A stretch of 49,786 nucleotides of DNA, filler included, from Jimgerdemannia flammicorona (GCA_003990765.1; 2 parts of 2 records of this genome joined end to end with filler, not necessarily neighbours in it), one strand, 5' to 3'; positions 24,949 through 37,760 are shown, counted from the first letter of the whole stretch. The notes: generated by a model from the sequence alone, not told the origin. Numbers and translations: made by a program.

Positions 24949-27500
24949 TTTTATAGTCACTTAGACTTCTCTTTATTACCTCAATCTATAATAATAATAC
25001 AATATCACCTGCCACACCCCCTCAACCAATACCCCTCAGATCTCTCTCTCTATCCTCTATCTCTCTCTATTGGAGGATAACTCAGTCACCTACCACCCAA
25101 ATCCTCTCCCCACTTTTCTGGCAAATACTATTTACCAAACTCCAATGGCTCCCCCCACCCAGTCCCTACCCTCTCCACCAGCCATTCAAAGTATCCAATA
25201 ATAGCCATTCTTAATATACCACCCTAGCCCCAATCCCAACTTGCTAGCCCTCCTCAAATACATATAGCCAATGCCTGGCCAGCCTAACCCAAAATACCAG
25301 AGCCCAATCCAGGGTCAGCCATTCATCCCCAACCCCTCCCACTAGCCTTCAGTAGAGCTCTCCCCATCTTCCCCACTTCCCCTCTCACCAAGGCTCACAG
25401 TTCTAACCAGTCTGCAATGTGGCACCAAAACTCCTCTAAAATCTCACACTCACTAAGCCAATATTCAGGCATTTGTACCACTCTCCCTTCCTGTCCAACA
25501 TCCAAACATTCCTTACACTCAAATGTACCAAGTGTCCAGACTAATAGTTCAACATCACATTCCACCTCAGAAACTACCACCATACCACCCAGAACTTGGG
25601 GAAAAGCCACCACATCACCTGCTTGCTCCAAGGCCAAAGACCATTCCAGTCCCACTCCCCACCAATCTCCACTCTCTGCCATGCTTTAGGCCACAGGTCC
25701 CCCCCTAAGCCCTGTATATACTCTATTCTATCACCAAGCCAGAAGTTTGTCACCAGTATACCACCCAGCAGTAGCCTATTCCATCTCCACATCTGCAGTC
25801 TCCACTCCTTCTCTCTCTCATCACTCTGCCACCAAAGTCTAATTCACCTAGCACCATCTACCACCCCTCACCAAAAGCCCTTATACCATAATCTCTTGCT
25901 CCCATCCAGGGCCACCATTACAAGCATATCACCAGATATTCCCTGGGGGGAATACTAGGCCTCCCACACCTGCTGTATGAGTGGTACCTACTCTTGGCCC
26001 CTTAACTCACTTGCTCTCTTCAGCCACCACATTCTCAAGCAATAAAGGTATTTGATAAAGTCCATCAAGCTTAACCTGCCTCTGTCTACAGGTAGAGTCA
26101 GAACCTTCCATCTTATCTGACTTCACCACCCAGCCCATATCCATGATCTTGCCATCTTTAGAAGACACCTGACTACCCATACTGGGAAGTCCAGATGATA
26201 CCTCACATACCATAGCTTTGGCAGCCAATATACATTCAGCACTATCACCCTTCCTGCCAGAGATATATACTGACCACCCCACCATAAGAGCACATCACTC
26301 TATACTAGGAGTTGCTGTTTCTACCAAACACAGGATAGAAGAGACCCATATACCAAGAAGTAGATTTCCAGGTAATGAACTGGATCATCTGCTGATACCA
26401 ACATTTCAATCATATTACTACCAACTATTCTACTGCCTAGCACCAGAGTCTTACACTTGTACCAATTGAGTCTAGCACCAGAGCCCCTCTCATACTATTT
26501 CACAGTCCTCCTTAATTCCTCCACATCTGCCAATGAACTCAGTCTGACCACCATATTATCCACAAAGGCCCCCACCTTCTAATTAATCCCCAGAATGTCC
26601 AAACCACCAATTCGATGCCTGATCCTATCCAATAGGGGCTCCAAGGAAAGGGCATATAAGATGGGTGACAAAGGATTATCTTGTAGCACCTCTTGACCAA
26701 GTGGAAAGATCACCCCCCTATGTCCATTGACTACCAGTGCTGCCTGACTGTTTTCCAAAAGACTGATTAATGACCTCCTGAACCCTGGGAGAACACCTAC
26801 CCATTTCAGTACCCCCTCCAGCCAGATCCTCCTCACTCTATCATATGCCTTCTCCTGATTCAGAAATACTAATCTGCCATCAATCCCAGTAGCCCTAGTT
26901 CCTTCAATCACTCCATGGACCCAGGCCATCCTATCTCTGATCAACTGACCACCAACAACCCTCTTTGCTCTACTCCCAGCACTTGCTGAGTAATCCCCTG
27001 CAGTCTAGTCACCAAGACCTTCATCACCAGCTTGTGGTCCATGTCTAGGAGTATGATTGGTTGCCAGTTCTTCCAATCTTCCCTTCTCCCCTTATCCTTA
27101 TAGAGCAAGGAGACCAGCCCTAGGTGCTGGCCCCCAATCCAAGTTCCAGACTGAAGAACCTCATCACACATTGCCATCAACTCCTCCAATACTACCTTTA
27201 CCCTGGCCATCTTTTTCCAAAAATTCCAGGGCAGTCCATCTTCTCCCAGAGTTATCCCCTTGCTTGTCAAAGCCAGAACCTTACAAATTTCCTCTCCCCT
27301 CACTGGGTCCCCCAGAGTTCCCAAGCCCATCACTGGATTCAGATGCCAATCCTCCAACTGTCTTTCAATGTTTGAGACATTCTTACTCTCTTCTTCCTCA
27401 CTCCATAGATCCTCTCAGTGGAACTTTAGTAATCTCAGAATTGCTGGAGTCTCCACCACCATCTCCCCATTCTCATCTAAGAGACCATCCCACTGCTGTT
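24949..27500 (-). mobile_element. LINE family C copy 1: 3' end and RT region, 5'-truncated, degenerate
   Basis: Poly(T) remnant, ATAGTCACTTAGACT and TTTATT. ORFs with GEDGLPW, NQEKAYDRV, PLSPILYALSLEPL, CKEC...PEYWLSEC. Confidence 0.85.
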
Positions 27501-27539
27501 TAGTTCACCATGCTTGTAGTATCTACAATAAAAAGCATC

Positions 27540-30500
27540 ATATTCTGCCTTAGGAACCTCTACCATACTACTCAAAACTTGGGAGACAGCTACTGCATCA
27601 CTCTCTTGCTCCAAAGCCAAACACTATTCTAGTCCCACTTCTCTCCAATCTCCACCCTTTGCTACACTTCAGGCCACATGTCTCCTCCTAGCCCCTGCAA
27701 GCATTCCATTCTATTACCAAGCTGAAAATTCTCCACCAGTGTACCTCTCAGCAGTAGCCAGTCTCATCTCTATATCTGTGGTCCCCAGTCCTCCTTCCCC
27801 TCATAACCCCTCTACTGAAGTCCAATCCTCCTTACACTATCTACCACTCTCTACCAAAAGCCTTTGTAATACATCCTCTTGCTTCCATCCATGGCCACCA
27901 TTGCAAGTAGGTCACCAGTCACTTCATGAGGGGAGTACCGGGCCTCCCACACTCTCTACATGAGTGGTACCCACTCCCAGCCTCTTAACTCACTTTCTCT
28001 CTTCAGCCACTATGCTCTCAGACAATATAGACACTTTGTAAAGTCTACAAAGCCCAGCCTACCTCTGTCAACAGGTAGAGTCAGAACCTCCCAGTCTATC
28101 TGACTTTGCTACTCAGTCTAAATCCAGAATCTCACCATTTTCAGAAGTTGCCTGACCACCCATCCTGGGAAGTCCAGATGATATCCTACATATTATAGCT
28201 TCAGCAGTCAATATACATTCAGCACTATCATCCTTCCTGCCAAGGATATATGCCAACCACCCCATCTTAAGAGAACATTCCTCTATACTATTAGCTGCTG
28301 TTCCCACCAAGTATGGGACAGAAGAGACCCATATACCAAAAAGTAAATTCCCAAGTATCAGACTGGTTTCTCTACTAGAACTACTGTTCCAATCACATTG
28401 CCACTGACTATTCCACTGTCTAGCACTATAGTCTCACATTTGTACCAATTGAGCTTAGTACCTGAGTCCCTCTCATCTATTTTACAGTCCTTTGCAATTC
28501 CTCTACATCTGCTAATGAACTCAGTCTAACCACCATGTCATCTGCAAAAGCCCCCACCTTCCAGTTAATTTTCAAAATATTCAAACCCCCAATTTGATAC
28601 TGGATCCTGTCCAATAGGGGCTCTAAGGAAAGGGCATATAAGATAGACAATAAAGGATCCTCTTGTGGCACCCCATGTCCTAGTGGAAAAGTCATACCCC
28701 TGTACCCATTCACCACCAATACTACCTAACTATGTTCCAATAGACTAATTAATGACCTCATGAACTCTGGGGGAAATCTCACCTGTTTCAGCACTCCTTC
28801 CAGCCAGACCCTCCTCACCCTATTATATATCTTCTTCTGATTCAGAAATACTAACTGACCATCAACCCCAGCTGCCCAAGCTTCTTCAATCATCCCATGG
28901 ACCCAGGCAGTTCTATCTCAGATCAACTGACCACTAACAAATCTCCTCTGCTCCACTCCTAGTATCTGTTGAGCAATCCTCTACAGCCTAGTCACCAAGA
29001 TCTTCATCACCAACTTATGGTCCATGTTGAGGAGTATAATTGGCCACCAGTTCTTCCAATCTTCCCTTCTCCCCTTATCCTTATAGAGCAAGGAAACCAG
29101 CCCTAGATGCTGGCCCCCAATCTAAGTTCCAGATTGAAGGACCTCATCACTCATTGCCATCATCTCCTCCAATACTACCTCCACCCCTGCCATCTTCTTC
29201 CAAAAATTCCAAAGAAGCCCATCCTCTTCTGGGGCTGTCTCCTTACTTGTCAAAGCCAAGACCTTGCATATCTCCTCCTCCCACACCAGGTCTCTCAGTG
29301 TCTCCAGTCCCAAAGCTGGGTCTGGATACCAATCCTCTAACTACTATTCAATGTTCATGGCATCCTCACTCCCTTCTTCATTACTTTATAAATTTCCCCA
29401 GTAAGTTCTCAGCATTCTCAAAATCTTCAGAGTCCCTGCCACCATCTCTCTATTCTCATCCAAAATACCATCCCACTACTGTCTGGTTCTCCAAGCTTGG
29501 AGTAATTATGAAAGAAATCTAGTAGGCCTCTCTCCCTCCTCTAATCCCTACTACTACAACCTCACCCTCCTCTAATCTCTACCACTACAACCTCACCACT
29601 ATCCCCTTTAGCTGAACCTCTTCCTCCATTTGTAATACTTCCTTTAGCTCATCTACTTCTTTTTATATCCACAGAATTCACCAATTGGCTGTCCCCCTAT
29701 CCTCCAGCAACCCTGCCCACCTCTCCAGAAGCACCACTAATCTTCTTGAAGCCCAAAGTACTCATTGCCACCACTGAACACTCCATCCTTTCTCTGCCTC
29801 CCTCTAGTACCTCTGAGCACTGAATTTTAGCTGCCACCAGTAATCCCAATCATCAATCCCTATTCCCACCATCTACCAATTTTTGCAATAACATCCACCT
29901 CTCAGTCTATCTATAAGGAACCATCCTCCAACAAAGAAGAATTCAGTCACCAATGTCCAGACCCATCCCCACTTCCCCCAAACCTTCTACTCCCTAATAG
30001 ACCCCAGTGGTCTGACCACAGGCACCAAACCACCTCTAGTGTATCCCAGACATTTACTCTCCAGTACTCCACCATCAACATCCAGTCAATCCTGAAGCCC
30101 AGCCCTGCCACTCAGTGAGTATAAATTCAGTGCTACACCCAAAAATGTCACTCTGAGTCAACCAAGGAGCTCAACCTCTCAATCTCTATCTAATCTTCTA
30201 ACCTGTTACTTCTGCCTCTCATACCTCTCCCATCATCAGTCCTGTCTGCCCCATTATTATATACTATGTTGAAATCACTCCCCAGGTAGTCAATCCCTGT
30301 CTCATCCATAAAACCAGTCTCTCTCAAGTCTCTTATTCAATCTATGTGTTCCCCCCTCAGTAGTATGACCCAACAGTCAAAGAGTTCCACCCAGGCCTCT
30401 TCTATACTCCCCACACCAACCTACTCTCCTAATGTCCAATATCTCCAATGTCCCCCATCTCTTTTTGAACCAGAATGCCCACCCATCACATCTATATAGC

Positions 30501-32685
30501 TGCTCTACCCCATTTACTAGTCTAGTCCTACAAGTCCATATTGATCTCATACCATATATTCTGTAGTAAGAATAGATCTACATCCAGTCTCTTCAACCAG
30601 TCAAATATATTTCTATACCATACTGCTCCCTCAACCCATTCACATTCAAAGAAAAGATTCTAGTTATACTATTCATATTGAATAATATTTGATATTGAGG
30701 GTCTAGTCTAGAATTCCATACTCATCTCATCACCAGTAAGATCTAAGTGCTACTCTGCCTCTAACTCACCCTTCACTATAGCCTGAGCATTCAGTGCTTT
30801 CAAGATTTCCTGACACTCCACCCCATCTACAACCTCTATATCTGTCTGATAATCTATACATACCACTCTCCACTTCTCCTACCCCTTTCTTGAATTCCAC
30901 AAGTATGCTGTCTGGTCATTTGCAATCCCTCAAAGGGCCTCCTCTCTCTGATCATCTACTTAATATTCCTCTGACTCCAAGAGCACCACCAGGATCTCAT
31001 TTCTAATCTTCTTCAGCACCTTCTCCCTATGGAGGATTTCCTTTCAATGCCAATCACTTAGAATCTAAAAGTCCTCTCCTCCTAGCTCCTCAGCCACCAC
31101 TCCCTCCAGAGTCTTCCACAGCTACTTCTCTTCATCCACTGCTTCAGCAACACCCTGGGCAACTCCTTCAACCTCCACCACCAGGTCCATCAAGGCGTCT
31201 CTCCTCCTTGACTCATTCCACTCCTCCTCTAATACATCCAGTAGTTCCTCCTCCCCACTCTCTCCACTTGGGACATCATACTGAGGGCAGACTTCCTCAC
31301 CCATTTCAGCATCCTCTACCATGCCACCTAGACCCTCCTCTCTTGATTCTCTCTGGGCTGCATTCTGGGCCATCCTGTGCTCTCCTACCCATATACTCTC
31401 CATCAGTATAGCACCCTCTTCTCCTACACTATTACCTTCTACACTCTCTCCAAACTTCTTTAGTAGCTCCTCTGGATTCGCCTCTCCTGCACTTTCTCTC
31501 AGATCACCCAGTTTATTCTGATCTTTTTTCCATTCACAATCTCCACCACTGTCTTAGCTTCATACTCCTTCCAAGCCAATTACCTCCTCTCCACTACTCC
31601 TGCCAGATCCTCAAGAGTCTCCAGCAAGTCTTTCTCTTCCTCAAGCATCCCCTTCACCCTTGAAACCTTATATTCCATATGTCCCCACTTAAGGGTCACT
31701 GGTCAATCCCTTGCCTTCCCAGTACTCTCCTTCTCTGCCAGCCTTACTCTGACATCAACATCTCTCATCTAGAGTTCAATACTCTCCCAGACTCTAAACC
31801 CTATGTCTACAATTTTCTCATATTCATTTACCACCTCCATAATCAACTCTCTAGCCTTCTCTCTTGATACTATAGACAGATTGAATACCATCAACTGCAC
31901 CACTCAGGGGTCCCAGTGCATATATCTGATCATAGAGACCACTACTCTGCCCACTACTACTCTCTTCTCCACAGCCTCCAATAATGATTCCTCTTCCTCA
32001 AATCCCACCTCGACCTCTTCTTTCTCCTTCAAGAACTTTACCAAAGCTGCTCCCTTCACCTCCTGCATCACCAGCCCCAAAATATCCTCACAGTTACCGC
32101 TAAGTCTTAGAAGTACAATGTAATAGTGAATTCTGATCTCAACTTTTTGAGTAATGGTACTGAAACTATATCTGTCATACCATCTGCCAGATCCCCAGAC
32201 CTTGTGCCCTCCCTCTGTCTTGATCTGCCAACTACTATCATATCTGAATTTTTTTTCCAGATCCTCAGTCACAGCTCTATCAGCAGTCATACTTTCACCC
32301 TCTCTCTACTGCCCAACCCTCCCATGAAGGCCCCTCCCTGGCCCCTAACTGAAGCTGTCAATGCCTTCCCTAGTCCCAACCAACTATCTAGACCAGATGC
32401 CATTCTCTCTATCTTGACCTTATCAGCAAAGGTCATCCTCTCCCCTTCTCATTGCCTCAATCCACCCCTCCCTCTACTACCAATGATACTATGACCAGCC
32501 ATAGAAGGCTCTGGCATCCCCAAACCATCTCCCCTTCTCCTGATATACTGCTAGTCAAAGGCACTGCTGCCCCTCTGGCTGGTACACTCATCAGTATATT
32601 TGTTGCTGTTTATGTCAATAGTCTTCTTTCACCAAAAATGTTGCAAAAAGTGTTGTCTGAATCTTGTGTCACCTGAATGTTACTG
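27540..32685 (-). mobile_element. LINE family C copy 2: 5' UTR, ORF1, APE and RT; 3'-truncated, strongly degenerate
   Basis: 27540-29490 parallels 25560-27500. GVPQEDPL, AFADD; ORF2 start MNSITRIFSLNVNGL at 30676; ORF1 relic (LVKFLKEKEEVEVGFEEE...WDP) at 31904-32290. Confidence 0.85.
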
Positions 32686-32989
32686 GCTAATCCCATAACC
32701 TCTGGCAGAGAGTCGAAAAGTGGTGTTTATGGGCTGGTATCTTCTCTATATATTTTGGTGTGATGGTGAAGGGTTGCTTCTTTTATATAGAGCAAGGGCC
32801 TGATTCTGATCTTGACTAATCAGTTAATGATTCGAACTCCTCTGACTTCAAAAGTCTCATGGATGAGTAGTTGCTAGTGCTATATCCCTTAGAGAATGGT
32901 CCAGACAGATTGTCTACTAGTTATGAGACATACTCTTATAATTTGCAGACTAGAATCTCATGGACAGTCATCATATTTTACTTCTCTTA

Positions 32990-34596
32990 TATAGGTTCAT
33001 AGTACTTCTTGAGTCTATTCCTATATACCATGGTAGGCAATATGGTCTCTAAGAGTTTTCTAAGCCAAAAGGTAGTTTCCTTGATATCTTACACATAGAA
33101 GAGTCTTTCCCATTTGGGCTCCAGTTTTTATGACTATGAGGTTTCTATCATATTTCAATACAGTAGAACCTTTTCTCTGATTTGGATAGGTTCTAGGGTT
33201 TTATAATTCTTTTCTGCATTCTTTTTCATCAGTACTTATGACTTGATAATATAATCTTCAGCCTTCTTCCTGATTTGGTATAGTCTCCAGATTTCTGAGT
33301 CAACCTATCTCCAAGTTAAGTCTAGATTTGTAGCTGAGGTACCATTGGAATCTTCTTCTCTGAAGAGCAGTTCTCTTGAGGTAAAGTGTGTACTCTGTGA
33401 CTGTATGTCTTATAGGATAGAGAGGGTGGTTGGGAGGTAGTTATTCCAATTCTTATATATGTTTGAGATCTTTACCAGGATGTTCTTGAGGGTCTTATTG
33501 GTTCTCTCTGTCTGTCTATTTTCTTGAGGATGGTATGTGGTGGTCTTGATGTGCTGAATCTTGTATTTCTGATACATTATCTCATGAAATCCATTGGCAA
33601 ATTCAGTGCCACAGTCTGTGGTAATTTACTTTGGTATCTTGTAGCAGCAGATGATTTCTCAGTGCAGGAAGTTGACTATAGAGAGGATATTGACTTCTTG
33701 TAATGCTCCTGCTTCTATCTATTTGGTAAAGAGGTCTACAATAATTATAATGTAGTAGTTTTCTAATAGTGTTACTGGTAGTGGCTCAATGATATTCATT
33801 GTGATGTGGTGAAAGGAGATAGGCTCAATTCTTGATAACTCAAGTACTTGGTCTTACTGATCTTGTTTCTGTTTTTGGCACTTGTCATATTCTTTGACAA
33901 ATTGGTGCAGATTTTCTTCTATCTTGGGCCACCATATGATTCTTCTTACCTTAATATATATTGGTTCCTTCTAGGTATCCTTGTTCATATACTTCCTTCA
34001 TTACTTGATACTTCTTATATTCAAATATTACAAGCTTTCCTCCTTTTCTGAGTATGGTATTGTCTAGTGCTCTCAATGAATCGAATCAAATTGTATTTGG
34101 CCCAAACTCGATTCAATTCGATCAAATCAAGGGTCCAATTCAATGCGATTCAAATCAAATCAAAGGTCCAATTTGATTTAAAGTTCGATTCAAACCTTAA
34201 TTTTCAAAATATAATAATTCGATGAAAACACATCCAAATTTAATGTATTTTAGCTTGTTAGATTCACTGTATTAATGTGATTCTAACAAGCTAAAGTATG
34301 TTAGATTTGGATGAGTTTACGCTGAGTTATTGCATTTTGAAATTTAGGGTTCAAATCAGACCCTCAATTCTATTTGACTTTTGATTTGATTCGAATTGAT
34401 TCCAATTGAAAAATCCCCAATTCGATTTGACTCGTTTAACCCTCAATTCGATTTGATTCGAATTGATTCAACTCATTTGGGAGCACTAGTATTGTTTAGT
34501 TCAAACTGTTTCCAAGTCTAGTTGATAATGATGATTGTCCAGAGTTTAAGATGGTTGGGTATCTTCTACTATCCAAGATAGCTGATTAATCCATAG
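32990..34596 (-). pseudogene. Second Gypsy integrase relic, interrupted by a MITE and cut by the hAT element
   Basis: Nucleotide colinearity with 20170-21336 (TGGTCTTGATGTGCTG, TCTTGAGGGTCTT, TTGGGCTCCAGTTTT); ends NRLKKY. Confidence 0.85.
34065..34488. mobile_element. Palindromic hAT-type MITE (424 bp)
   Basis: TAGTGCTC...GAGCACTA termini; 8-bp TSD GTATTGTC/GTATTGTT; the two halves are imperfect inverted repeats around ~34272. Confidence 0.93.
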
Positions 34597-34887
34597 TAGT
34601 GCTCTGAATGGATGGAGTTGATCCAGATGAGATTCGATTCAGATTCATCATATGGTGGATTCGAATCAACTCAGATTGGTCTCGTGATCTGATCTAGATT
34701 AATCTGGATTGATCTAGATTGATCCATCTGGATTGATCTATCTGGATTGAAATCTTTGGTGACATCACCCTTTCTTTTGTTCATTTCACTCTTGTTTTTT
34801 TTTTTCTGCTGCACTTTGGTGACATCATCCTTTCCTTTATTCCCTCTCTTTTTTTTGTTCTTTTTCTTTGTTCTTTCCTGCCGCATT

Positions 34888-37013
34888 ATGAGCAAACAAA
34901 ACAGCAGCCTTTAATTCATACATTGATCCAGTCTACTCATTTTTCACCCTACAATGATCATCAAAAGAGAGAGTATTCAAGGTGGAAATGTACTCTCTGC
35001 TGACAATGTTAGATGCTTTCTCATATGGACAGCACACAAGCTGCTCATCGAGAGCCAAAGGAGTGATGGTGGTGGTGGTGGCAATGGCAATGGCAGAGAT
35101 GAGGGAGAATTCTGGCAACAACTCACAGTGGCCCTTCAGACCTCAGAATTCACAGACCTCACAGCTATGTATGCAGCAGCCTTTTTGGAGCAGCTGATAG
35201 TAGATGTAGGTTGCTCACTTAGCTGCCACTTGTTTACTTATGTTTATTTAAACTTCTCCAGCACAACCCAATTCACCTTGTGCTTATCTTAGGGTCCACA
35301 GCTCTATGGTGAGATCTGCCAACTTTTTTCACAATATCTGGTCAAGATGAAGAAAGGCTGGTAGATGTTGTGGGGTATGCCTTTGGTGGCTAAGCTGTTG
35401 TGTCAATGCATCGCATGGTGGAGGTCTCAAAAGGAACAGAAGCAAGCCTTCATGAGCAATCTTATGCAACTCATGCAACTTGTGCAACTCATTGGTGTGC
35501 AACTCATCAGCATGCAGCTTACTCACTCATGCTCTTTTTCAAAAATACCCATCTCTATGTTTTATTTAATTTCATTTTATGTGGTCTCCCCCTAAAAAAC
35601 ACCCACACCCACACACAACCCATCTGTATGCAACCCACTCACATGCAACTCACTCACATGCAACCCACTCACAACCCACCCATACACAACCCACCTGCAT
35701 GCAACCTGTCTGCATGCAACCCATCTGCATGCAACCTGTCCACATACTTATCTTGGTCCCTCAGATCAGGGCTCAGTTCCATTGGAAAGGAGAGTTCAAA
35801 GTTACCCAAGTTCCACCACATCCAGTGTCTGATCAAATAGAGAAATTCGAGGGCAAGATGTTCAGCATGAGCAGTACTAGCATCATCATCAAGGCTTGGG
35901 GGTCTACTTTCAAATCAGAGCCAATCATACTCAACCAAGAGGTCCATTGGCCAGCAGGAGTAACCAATGATGAAAAGAACCATATCTTTATTAATGAACA
36001 TGGAGAGGTGGTTGTGATGGTGGTAAGAAATCTCTATGGTGATGAGCTTTGCCACCACATCAATGAGATTTGCAAGGATTGCATCAAATACTGGGTGGCA
36101 GGAAAGAGGGGGCAAAAAAAGCAAGGAGGGGGGTTTGGATGGGAATTGGGTATACTACAACACTGGCGAATGGTGGGTTCTGGAGTTCCGAAATCCCCTG
36201 CACTCATCTCACTTTTTTTTTAACCCCTCTCCAGATAAATCACACTCTTTGTGGACATACTCTTTTTGATACAATTCTAGAGATGTATAAGATTCTATAC
36301 CCCTACTGGAACTTTAGAAGTGCCATCAAAGAGCAAACTATGCATGAGCATAACATGACCTGTGTGGCAATGGTGGCTATGATCTGGGGTTCTTTGAGCA
36401 GATTGGTAGAGTGTATAGCAGGCCAGCTTGGTGGTGATCTCAGTGCTGCTGTATGTACATTCTTGGTACAATTTAGTGTGCCATATGAGGTAAGGAGCTC
36501 CACTTTTTTGGGGTGCTGCAGCCCAAGGGATTTCTGCAGCCCAGGGGGTTTCTACCCCCCCACATGCAAAAAGGACTGACCGGTTACCATCCATTTTGAC
36601 AGGTTTCCAAGCCAGGGCTCCTGGGGCTGGACCAAGAGCAGGCATCCACCAGCACAGCCTGGCAGTATGAGGTCCTGGGCCAAGGGTTCATCCAACTGTA
36701 TACTCACATCACATCAGGATATATCGGGTGCAACCTTTCTCTGCCTATACACACAGATAACAATGTCACACTGGTAATGTTTTACATTCCAGAAAGGAAG
36801 GGCCCAACCTGGGAAGATAGTGGCGGAGTCTGGTATGACCTCACCTATGGTTTTGGGGTCCCATTTGTGGCCAACACAGCCATCCTATTCCAACTACATG
36901 ACCACTACAGCACCATCACCTTTGAGAAGAGCTCGGACACAACAGTCATCATACTCACAATGGATGATAGGCTCATCAAGGCCTGGGACCAGCAGGTGGA
37001 GCAGTTTTTGTGA
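34888..37013 (+). pseudogene. 5-exon cargo gene, putative TET/JBP-like Fe(II) dioxygenase (~490 codons; this copy disrupted)
   Basis: Exons 34888-35205, 35293-35451, 35765-36094, 36235-36489 and 36603-37013 join in frame via four phase-0 introns. PIHTDNN (HTD 36750-36758), GGVWYDLTYGFGVPFVANTAILF, LHDHYST. Stops in exons 1-2; intron-2 donor reads ATGAGC. Confidence 0.6.
35461..35745 (+). repeat. ATGCAAC-core short tandem repeats in intron 2 of the cargo gene
   Basis: Repeated ATGCAACTC / ATGCAACCCACTCAC / GCATGCAACC units. Confidence 0.8.
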
Positions 37014-37298
37014 GGGTTAGGCAATCTTTCATGAGGGTTAGATAGCCATTTGGTACAGATTGGGCAGTCTTATATGGGGGGGTTGGGCTGGGCACCTCTT
37101 ATGTAGCACTAGCTTAGCTGTTATGCAGGGCCCTACTGGCCCCTCAGCCCTGCTCTGTAGTGCCACCAGTGTGGCACTGTGGCACAGGGCCAGGGTACCC
37201 GTGAGACCCAAACTAGTGACTTTGACCACCAGAAATGCCCTCTGACTGCCAGAAGCACCCTCCGACCACCAGAAGCACCCTCTGCCCTGGACTCCTTA

Positions 37299-37760
37299 GC
37301 AGCTTGGAGCTGCCCCTATGCTGCTGGTAGAGGGCTACAAATTTTGCATGCTCCCTCTGCCTGCCTCACCTGTCTCGGACACTTGCAGCTTGGGGCTGCC
37401 CCTTGCTGCTGGCAGAGGGCTGCAAATTTTTGCATACTCCCTCTATCAACCCTGCGCCTGCCAACTGATCCTGCCCACTGACCCAGGCGCTGACAGCTTG
37501 GGGCTGCCCCTTGCTGCTGGTGGAGGGCCACAAATTTTGCATGCTCCCTCTACCTACTCCTCTGACCTGGACACTTGCAGCTTGGGGCTGCCCCTTACTG
37601 CCAGCAGAGGGCCACAAATTTTGCATGCTCCCTCTGCTGACCTGCCCACCAACCTACCAACCTGCTCACCAACCTGCCCACTGACCTGGACACTGGCAGC
37701 TTGGGGCTGCCCCTTGCTGCTGGCTGAGGGCTGCAAATATTGCGCACTCCCTCTGCTGCT
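37299..37760. repeat. Five GC-rich ~58-bp repeats with variable spacers between the convergent genes
   Basis: Core GCAGCTTGGGGCTGCCCCTTGCTGCTGG.AGAGGGCYRCAAATTTTGCATGCTCCCTCT at ~37299, 37385, 37493, 37577 and 37696; mirrored at ~49580-49745. Confidence 0.88.

Noticed and set aside
35400..35764. ORFs with ATH/MQP/CNL repeats
   Set aside because: Read-through of intronic ATGCAAC tandem repeats.
37299..37760. Repeat-spacer pattern resembling a CRISPR array
   Set aside because: Units are ~58 bp and degenerate, spacers are related to each other and variable in length, no cas genes, eukaryotic transposon context.
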